Shown here: one piece after another, positions 57,165 through 63,351 of the stretch
How positions within the stretch are numbered: the first letter of the stretch is position 1
How the letters are laid out: each line of letters starts with the position of its first letter
DNA from: Gemmatimonadota bacterium
Lineage (GTDB): Bacteria; Gemmatimonadota; Gemmatimonadetes; Palauibacterales; KS3-K002
Direction of reading: 5' to 3'
DNA length: 63,351 nucleotides
NCBI GenBank assembly: GCA_039586495.1
Contig: JBDHKG010000006.1
Location: forward strand, 1-63,351
Notes under the pieces: model-generated
Seen by the model: the letters and a program-made list of their open reading frames with translations, nothing else
What the model was told of the DNA's origin: nothing
The model's database searches: none
Program-made: the position numbers and the translations under genes

Positions 57165-57208
57165 CCTCGCAAGCGATTATCCAGAAGATACAGCCTGCCG
57201 CGGTACGC

Positions 57209-57235
57209 AAAAGGGAAGGCCCGCGAGCGCGGGCC
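57209..57235 (-). terminator. Probable intrinsic terminator after the iscA-like remnant
   Basis: GGCCCGC/GCGGGCC hairpin followed by TTCCCTTTT on the minus strand. Confidence 0.6.
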
Positions 57236-57259
57236 CCGCGAAGACGTCAGACCGGTGGC

Positions 57260-57358
57260 TCACACCGCGCTCTCCTCCTCCATGAAGCGGCGCGCCTCTT
57301 CCGCCGCCTCCGAGGTCAGCTCGACAGTCTGTGTCTTGGTGTCCCTGGCCTCTGTCAT
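57260..57358 (-). pseudogene. 32-aa ORF resembling the N-terminus of an IscA/HesB A-type Fe-S carrier (internally deleted)
   Basis: MTEARDTKTQTVELTSEAAEEARRFMEEESAV*; GGAG RBS; own promoter and terminator; no GGC or CGC motif. Confidence 0.55.
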
Positions 57359-57442
57359 ATCTCCACTTCCTACGAAACTCGCGAGTATGACAACAATCGG
57401 AGGGCTGCTACCCGTTCCGCGCACCGCCGTTCCGGCGGCCGA

Positions 57443-57470
57443 AACGTACCCGGCCGACGTAGGCTGTCAA
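57443..57470 (-). promoter_or_regulatory. Candidate sigma70 promoter for the iscA-like ORF
   Basis: TTGACA-N16-TACGTT. Confidence 0.5.
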
Positions 57471-57487
57471 CGCGTCGTGCCTGGCGG

Positions 57488-58471
57488 TCAGGTCGCGGTG
57501 GCTTGGCCGGCCGCCCGCTGATCCTTGAGTTCGGTCAAGTACTTCTCCGCCGCGATCAGCGCGGTGGTCGCGTCACCGACCGCTGTGGTGATCTGTCGGG
57601 TAAGCTGAGCGCGTACGTCGCCAGCAGCGAAGAGACCGGGGATCGACGTACGCATGTCGCGATCGGTGATCAGATAACCGCCGGCGTCATGCTCAGCGTG
57701 GTCTTCCAACAACCCCGTGTTCGGCCGGAAGCCGATGAAGACGAACAGGCCCGTCACATCGAGTCGAGGCTCCTCGTCGGTAACCACGTTGCGAAGCCGC
57801 AGCCCGTTCATGCCGCGCTCATCGCCGAGCACCTCCTCGACCACGGCGTTCCAGATGATCTCGATCTTCGGGTTTGTGAACACGCGCTCTTGCAGGATCT
57901 TCTGCGCTCGCAGCTGGTCGCGGCGGTGGATCAGGTAGAGCCTCTCCGCGTAGCGCGTCAGGAACTCGGCCTCCTCCGTGGCTGCATCCCCGCCACCGGC
58001 CACAGCGATCGTCTCGCCTTTGAAGAAGGCCCCGTCGCAGATCGCGCAGTAGCTCACGCCCTTCCCGAGGAACTCGTCTTCCCCCGGAACTTCCAGCTTG
58101 TTCGGCGTGCCGCCGGCGGTCAGGATCACGGCCTGGGAGCGATAGACCGGGCCCTCCACAGTTGTGACGCGGAAGTCACCATCCTCCAGCTTCTTGATCC
58201 CCTTAACGGTCACGGTCTCGATCTGGAGGCCGAACTTGGTGGCGTGCTGGGTCATGCGCTCGGCAAGCTCCCGACCGTCGACCTCCGGCAGGCCCGGGTA
58301 GTCGTCGATCAGCTCCGTGTTGAGGAGCTGACCGCCCGGCAGGCCACGCTCCAGCAGCACCGCATCGAGGGCGGCTCGCTTGGCGTACATACCCGCGGTG
58401 AGCCCCGCCGGCCCGGCGCCCACGATGACAAGCTCGTGTCGCCTCTCCTTCTCGCTCCCCTGGTTAGCCAT
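57488..58471 (-). CDS. trxB: Thioredoxin-disulfide reductase
   Basis: GAGPAG, GVSYCAICDG, GGGDAA, HRRD, FAAGD. Confidence 0.96.
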   Translation of the reverse strand: MANQGSEKERRHELVIVGAGPAGLTAGMYAKRAALDAVLLERGLPGGQLLNTELIDDYPGLPEVDGRELAERMTQHATKFGLQIETVTVKGIKKLEDGDFRVTTVEGPVYRSQAVILTAGGTPNKLEVPGEDEFLGKGVSYCAICDGAFFKGETIAVAGGGDAATEEAEFLTRYAERLYLIHRRDQLRAQKILQERVFTNPKIEIIWNAVVEEVLGDERGMNGLRLRNVVTDEEPRLDVTGLFVFIGFRPNTGLLEDHAEHDAGGYLITDRDMRTSIPGLFAAGDVRAQLTRQITTAVGDATTALIAAEKYLTELKDQRAAGQATAT

Positions 58472-58477
58472 CACGAC

Positions 58478-59425
58478 TCACCTTCCTCTGTTGAAGCCCG
58501 CGCCTCTCCCAGGGAGGGCAGCATCACGGAGACGCTCGTACCATTCGTAGGGAACCGGCTGTGAGCCCGGCTGGCCGCGCCGGGCCTCGCTGAAGCCGTG
58601 CCAGTCCGACCCCCCGGTCTCCAGCAGGTCCAGCTCGGCCGCCAGGCGACGCAACCTTCGCACTTCGAAGGGACCATGATCCGGGTGGAGCGTCTCGAGC
58701 CCATCCAGCCCTTCGTCCACCAGCTGCCGGATCGCCTCGTCGCTGTGAGTCCTGCCCCCGTGTGCGAGCACCGCCAGCCCGCCGGCCGCGTGGATCAACT
58801 TGATCCCCTCGGCGGGGCTAATCCGCTGTGTCGGTACGTAGGCCGGCTGCCCGGCGGCGATGAAGCGGTCGAAAGCTTCGCCGTAGCTCCGCACCCAACG
58901 CCCCTTCACCAAGGCCTGCGCGACGTGCGGGCGCGCGATGAGGCCGGTCTCAGACACCTGCGTCTTGACCTCGTCCAGAGTAACCTCAACGCCCAGCCGG
59001 TTGAGCTTGTCAACGATCTCTGCCGCGCGCCGCACCCGGCTCTCCTGGGCACCCTTTAGGTAGGCGACGAGCTCGCCGTGGTCCGGATCAATGAAATATC
59101 CGAGCAGGTGCGTGGAGCCCGTATCATCGTACGCCGAGTACTCGATCCCCGGAACGAAAGGCAGCCCCAGCGCCTCCGCCGCTTCACGCGCGGCGTGGAC
59201 GCCAGCTACTGAATCATGATCGGTGAGCGAGACCGCCTTCAGGCCCAGTTCTTCCGCCGCCGATATCACCGCTGCCGGCTCCAGCCGCCCATCGGAGCAG
59301 GTGGAGTGCAGGTGCAGATCGGCCCTGGACTCCACATCCACCGGGACCTCGAAGCTGCCTGTCGCCGCGCTGCTCACCGACGCTGCACCACCCTCTGGAT
59401 TGACTGCGGGTTCCCCTTCGCACAA
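58478..59425 (-). CDS. PHP domain protein (TrpH/YciV-like); start uncertain
   Basis: DLHLHSTCSDG, LTDHD, HLLGY, RPHVA, GGSDWHG. Confidence 0.88.
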   Translation of the reverse strand: MCEGEPAVNPEGGAASVSSAATGSFEVPVDVESRADLHLHSTCSDGRLEPAAVISAAEELGLKAVSLTDHDSVAGVHAAREAAEALGLPFVPGIEYSAYDDTGSTHLLGYFIDPDHGELVAYLKGAQESRVRRAAEIVDKLNRLGVEVTLDEVKTQVSETGLIARPHVAQALVKGRWVRSYGEAFDRFIAAGQPAYVPTQRISPAEGIKLIHAAGGLAVLAHGGRTHSDEAIRQLVDEGLDGLETLHPDHGPFEVRRLRRLAAELDLLETGGSDWHGFSEARRGQPGSQPVPYEWYERLRDAALPGRGAGFNRGR

Positions 59426-59543
59426 ACGGCCGCGAGCTCGCGGGGCCCACGGCCGACGGCGCTAACCTACCCAGGCTCGTCTCCCGGGTCAACGCGCTGA
59501 CGCTCGGGTGCATGCACATTGACAGCTCTTGGGGCGTCCGCGA

Positions 59544-59563
59544 GTTTTAGCCCGGACGAAAAC
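59544..59563. promoter_or_regulatory. Candidate DtxR/MntR operator
   Basis: Imperfect palindrome GTTTTAG-CCCGGA-CGAAAAC immediately before the ATG; TTGACA at 59519-59524. Confidence 0.5.
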
Positions 59564-59564
59564 C

Positions 59565-60335
59565 ATGGCAAGGCGACTGCCCAACGATCGAGCCAGGCGG
59601 AATCGCGCTTCCGAGCCGGCAGCGGGACGCGGTCGTTCCCGCGCTGTCGAGGATTACCTCAAGGCGATTCGCCACCTCCAGCGTGAGGACTCACCGGTGA
59701 GCACCTCGGCGCTCGCCCAGCAGCTCGACCGTTCTCCTGCCTCGGTGACCAACATGATCAAGAGCCTGGCCGAGCGCGGGCTGGTCGAGCACGAGCCCTA
59801 CCGCGGCGTGCAGCTGAGCGAGGCGGGCGAGCGCGAGGCGTTGCGAATCATCCGGCGCCACCGAGTGATCGAGGCCTACCTGATCGAGCGGCTGGGCTAT
59901 TCTTGGGATCGGGTGCACGCCGAGGCGGAGGGATTGGAGCACGCTGCCTCCGATGAGCTGGTGGAGCGCATGGCCGCGGCGCTCGGTCACCCGGAGCTGG
60001 ATCCGCACGGCTCCCCTATTCCGACGGCTGAGGGGAAGCTCACCGAGCGGCGGCATCCAACGCTCATGGAGATGCGGAAGGGTGCTCGGGTGATCGTGCG
60101 GGAGGTCAGCGATGCGGACGACGGGCGGCTGCGCTATCTCGCCGACTTGGGTCTCTACCCCGGCACGCGGGTAGAGGTGCTGGAACACGAGCCATTTGAG
60201 GGACCGATCCGCGTGCGCATTAGCGGACGCGAGCGGTCGTTAGGGCGCAATCTCGCGGAGATCGTCAGGGTAGAGTTGGAAAGCAGCGGGCAGGAGATTG
60301 GCGTGGTGAACGGCGCCAACGAAACAGAGACCTGA
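59565..60335 (+). CDS. DtxR/MntR family metal-dependent repressor with FeoA-like C-terminal domain
   Basis: EDYLKAI, SPASVT.M, RRHR..E, VH.EAE.LEH, DPHGSPIP, YL..LGL.PG. Confidence 0.93.
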   Translation: MARRLPNDRARRNRASEPAAGRGRSRAVEDYLKAIRHLQREDSPVSTSALAQQLDRSPASVTNMIKSLAERGLVEHEPYRGVQLSEAGEREALRIIRRHRVIEAYLIERLGYSWDRVHAEAEGLEHAASDELVERMAAALGHPELDPHGSPIPTAEGKLTERRHPTLMEMRKGARVIVREVSDADDGRLRYLADLGLYPGTRVEVLEHEPFEGPIRVRISGRERSLGRNLAEIVRVELESSGQEIGVVNGANETET

Positions 60336-60339
60336 GCAC

Positions 60340-60618
60340 ATGGCACAGATCAAAGTCGACGGTGACCTTTGGAAGGTCCGATTGGGACAGGAGCGCCCGC
60401 GGCCGGGCGTTCGTCTGCTCCTCTTCTTCTGTCAGCCGACGGGCCAGCGGCCGTACAGGGTGATCGAGGTTCCTGAGGACCGTTTCGATTCGCAGCAGGC
60501 CGTTGAGCGACTGTCTCGGAACGAGCTGTTGGACCTCTACCGCCAGAGCACCGCGATGGACATCCCCAAGCTCCGCTCCGACGAGGTCACCGACGTGCGG
60601 AGACGTACCGGCGGCTGA
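60340..60618 (+). CDS. Hypothetical protein (92 aa)
   Basis: ATG 4 nt after the DtxR-family stop; protein-like composition. Confidence 0.65.
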   Translation: MAQIKVDGDLWKVRLGQERPRPGVRLLLFFCQPTGQRPYRVIEVPEDRFDSQQAVERLSRNELLDLYRQSTAMDIPKLRSDEVTDVRRRTGG

Positions 60619-60624
60619 GCGCAC

Positions 60625-61695
60625 TCAGCGCGGCACGAACTCGTCAGCAGTCGAGAAGGTCCTCACCGTCGCGGCGATGAGCTCAGCCGCACGGTCCAAG
60701 TCTTCGAGCGCGACCATCTCGTTGGGCGAGTGCATATAGCGGTTGGGCACTGACACCAGCGCCGTGGCGATGCCCGCCCGCGCCATCACGATGCTGTCGG
60801 CATCAGTGCTCGTCCGGCTGGGCGCTGCCTCGATGGAGCAGGGGATCTTCTCGCGCTCCGCTACATCCGCCAGCCTCTGAAACAGGACCGGATTCACAGC
60901 AGAGCCTCGGCTGAGCACCGGGCCACCACCCAGGCGATGATCTCCGTGCCCCTTCTTCTCGGCGCCGGGATAGTCGGTGGCGTGCGTGACATCCACGACG
61001 ATGGCTATCTTGGGGTCCAGACCGAAGGCTCCCGATCGAGCGCCACCGCCACTGGCCAAGCCGATCTCTTCCTGCGTCGTGGCCACCGCGACGACGCCCG
61101 CGCGTGGCCGATCAGCGGCGAGCCGGCGCAGCGCCTCCAACGCCACCAGAGCGCCCATCCGGTTGTCGATGCTGCGCGAGGCGATGCGGTCATGCGATAG
61201 CTCGACGACCGGCGCGGCCAGCACGGCCGCATCGCCGACCCGCACGCGCCGCCGTGCGTCCTCGCCATCCTTCGCGCCGATGTCGATCCATAGGTCCTTC
61301 ACCTTCGAAGCCTTTTCCCGGTCCTCTTTCTCCTGGAGGTGAATCGCTTTCTTACCGACCAGCCCAGGGACCGGGCCGTCAAGCGTGAGGATCTCCACTC
61401 GCTGGCCGACCACGACCTCGGGATCCCAGCCGCCGATGGTGGAGAAGTAGAGGAACCCGTCGTCATCGATGTGGTTGACCATCAGGCCGATCTCGTCGAT
61501 GTGACCGGCCAGCATGACTCGGGGGTCCCCATCCGAGTTAACGGCGGCGAAGCTGTTCCCTGCGACATCCGCCCAGACCCGATCCGCGAAGGTCTCCGCT
61601 TCCTCGCGCCAGGCCTGGGCCGGCATCGCCTCGTAGCCTGAGGGGCCCGCTAGCGATAGAAGGCGCTTCAGAAACTCCAGTGAGCGGGGCTCCAT
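60625..61695 (-). CDS. M42 family aminopeptidase
   Basis: GHIDEIG, IGGWD, IDNR, QEEIG, DVTH, RYMHS. Confidence 0.93.
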   Translation of the reverse strand: MEPRSLEFLKRLLSLAGPSGYEAMPAQAWREEAETFADRVWADVAGNSFAAVNSDGDPRVMLAGHIDEIGLMVNHIDDDGFLYFSTIGGWDPEVVVGQRVEILTLDGPVPGLVGKKAIHLQEKEDREKASKVKDLWIDIGAKDGEDARRRVRVGDAAVLAAPVVELSHDRIASRSIDNRMGALVALEALRRLAADRPRAGVVAVATTQEEIGLASGGGARSGAFGLDPKIAIVVDVTHATDYPGAEKKGHGDHRLGGGPVLSRGSAVNPVLFQRLADVAEREKIPCSIEAAPSRTSTDADSIVMARAGIATALVSVPNRYMHSPNEMVALEDLDRAAELIAATVRTFSTADEFVPR

Positions 61696-61728
61696 GTCGG
61701 TCCCTTGCCAGTTCCCTGGTGGTATGCG

Positions 61729-62583
61729 CTAGACCGGGCGCGGTCGTGAGAGCGCCGGACAGTCAAGGCGCCCCTCATCGGGTGTGAACAGCCAAAGCGT
61801 ACCCTCCCCCGGCAGGTTAATCTCGGAGACCGGCTCGCAATGGGCCACGGCGCGACCTTTGATGGCCTCCCAAATGACGGCTCCACCGAGACGCACCTTG
61901 AAAAGGTCCACATCGCCGGGTAGCTGGATCGTAACCGCGGCGCCGGCTACCCTCGGCGTAATCACGCCCCAGCGACTCGGCTCATGATAGCCGAAACTCA
62001 CCGATCGGTTCCCGGTGACACTGAAATCACGTCCGCTCATCACAATCTTCAACGTGCGGAGACGCTCGGGGTACGCAACGTCCACGCTGTCAGTCACCGC
62101 CCTGCCCGAGTAGGCGTTCACGACGAAACTGTGCCGAATCGTCGGCATCGGGACCGACCGCCGCGGCACGATCTCGACCGACGGCCTCTTCGCACCCTGC
62201 CAGCTCCAGAAGAAACTGCGCTCGGTCTCCGCCGATGCGATCGACGCTACGCGCTGACCGTCGATGGTGATGGCGACATCGATCGAGCGAGGAACCGCGA
62301 CGCGGTAGTGCGCTGCTGCGCTCGATCCGTGCCGTACTGAGAGCACCGCCCCGTCGAGGCCGAATTCGGCGCTAGCCTTACCTGTCCGATCGACAACGGC
62401 AATGAGGCCCGGGCTGCCGTCGACGACTTCGATCCGCCCCGCAGCACCCCCGCTGACCAGCCGAACCTCGATAGAGGCAGCGCCGAAGCCGTAGCTCACT
62501 CCTCCTTCCTGGGCCGAAATGACATCAGCGTTCAGGAAGGCAAGCAACAAACACACTGTGATGGATGCCGATCTGGAGAACAT
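61729..62583 (-). CDS. Secreted hypothetical beta-rich protein (start uncertain)
   Basis: Signal-peptide-like N-terminus ending ISA-QE; long beta-strand-rich ORF. Confidence 0.6.
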   Translation of the reverse strand: MFSRSASITVCLLLAFLNADVISAQEGGVSYGFGAASIEVRLVSGGAAGRIEVVDGSPGLIAVVDRTGKASAEFGLDGAVLSVRHGSSAAAHYRVAVPRSIDVAITIDGQRVASIASAETERSFFWSWQGAKRPSVEIVPRRSVPMPTIRHSFVVNAYSGRAVTDSVDVAYPERLRTLKIVMSGRDFSVTGNRSVSFGYHEPSRWGVITPRVAGAAVTIQLPGDVDLFKVRLGGAVIWEAIKGRAVAHCEPVSEINLPGEGTLWLFTPDEGRLDCPALSRPRPV

Positions 62584-62766
62584 CGTACCACCTACCACTC
62601 TGCTGGGTTAGCCAGGCGTACGTCGGCGGACGGTCACGCGGTACCTGCTGCGCCTGGAGCCGTCCATGGTCGCTCAGCTTGGCTTGGGCTACAGGGCTAG
62701 CTTATCCTCAAGCAGGTCGCAGTGGCAAGATGGCGGCGGGGCGGCGGGAGCAGGCCAGCTGCGGCC

Positions 62767-63063
62767 TCAGCCGTGACTCTCCTCCTCCAGGATGCGCTGG
62801 AAGATCTTGCGTTTGAGTTCCGGCGGCGCGCCGACGCGTCCGCGCTCCGATAGGAAGCGGAGGAACGCCTTCTCGAAGTTGTAGTGCGGATAGCACTTCT
62901 TGCACAACTCCAGGTGCGCCCGGATCTTCTCGACGGTCTCCTCGTCGAGTTCCTCGTCGACGTACTCGTAGAGCTGCTCTACGACGCCCGCACAGTCGAT
63001 CCCACCCGGCGGGGTCACGCCCGCCTCGCCCTTCCGCCCCCCCAGTCTCCAGAACGGCGTCAT
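62767..63063 (-). CDS. Zinc-binding anti-sigma factor (ZAS; RsrA/RshA-like)
   Basis: IDC....QLYEYVD.EL...HLELCKKC (HxxxCxxC), AP..L; overlaps the sigma stop codon. Confidence 0.9.
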   Translation of the reverse strand: MTPFWRLGGRKGEAGVTPPGGIDCAGVVEQLYEYVDEELDEETVEKIRAHLELCKKCYPHYNFEKAFLRFLSERGRVGAPPELKRKIFQRILEEESHG

Positions 63064-63350
63064 CGAATGTATCCCATCTCCAAAGCGTAGTCGTATAAGC
63101 GCTGCTGCAGGCGGCGGCGACCGCGGAACAGCCGCGACTTCACAGTGCCCACGGGCAACTCTAGGATCTCGGCGATCTCGGCGTAGCTCATCCCCTCGAC
63201 ATCGCTCAGCACCACAGGGATCCTGAACTCCTCGGGTAGCTCCTGGATCGCCCGCGTGACCTCATCGTCCACGATGTAACGGAAAAACGATCCCTCCGGA
63301 TCCCGATCCTGTACCGACTCGAAGATCGAGGTTTCCTCGACCGACTCGTA
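63060..63350 (-). CDS. ECF sigma factor, C-terminal region 4 (SigR/SigH-like); 5' part outside the window
   Basis: LPEEFR..VVLSDVEG.SY.EIA.IL..PVGTVKSRL.RGRRRLQ..L..YA. Confidence 0.92.
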   Translation of the reverse strand, partial: YESVEETSIFESVQDRDPEGSFFRYIVDDEVTRAIQELPEEFRIPVVLSDVEGMSYAEIAEILELPVGTVKSRLFRGRRRLQQRLYDYALEMGYIR

Positions 63351-63351
63351 C

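Overview
GC-rich bacterial chromosomal segment, mostly encoded on the minus strand. Gene content and protein style suggest Gemmatimonadota or a related FCB-adjacent lineage; this is an inference and no search was run. The window is largely housekeeping: the start of tuf with tRNA-Tyr and tRNA-Thr, cysS, pyrF/pyrD/pyrK, smpB, pyk, a sirtuin, class II nrdJ with tandem NrdR boxes, ggt, ccdA, pdaD-speB behind a PerR-like regulator, coaE, trxB, a DtxR/MntR regulator and a SigR/RsrA-type ECF pair. I saw no CRISPR array, integrase, transposase or prophage. The best candidate for an undescribed system is a co-oriented peptidoglycan salvage cluster at 31.1-42.0 kb: murQ fused to a DinB/YfiT metallo-domain, anmK, nagZ, an SSS symporter, a lipoprotein amidase with a D-T-x repeat linker, and a metallopeptidase/beta-propeller/Omp85-barrel protein. 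Other oddities are a secreted 4-Cys protein ending in five (H/D)FGP(L/M/I)(Q/E)(R/P) repeats, an ArcE/cDPGS-family ATPase next to apgM, two apparent internal-deletion remnants (nth-like and iscA-like), and a structured leader with a uORF at about 51.0 kb. All family assignments come from recognising motifs by eye.
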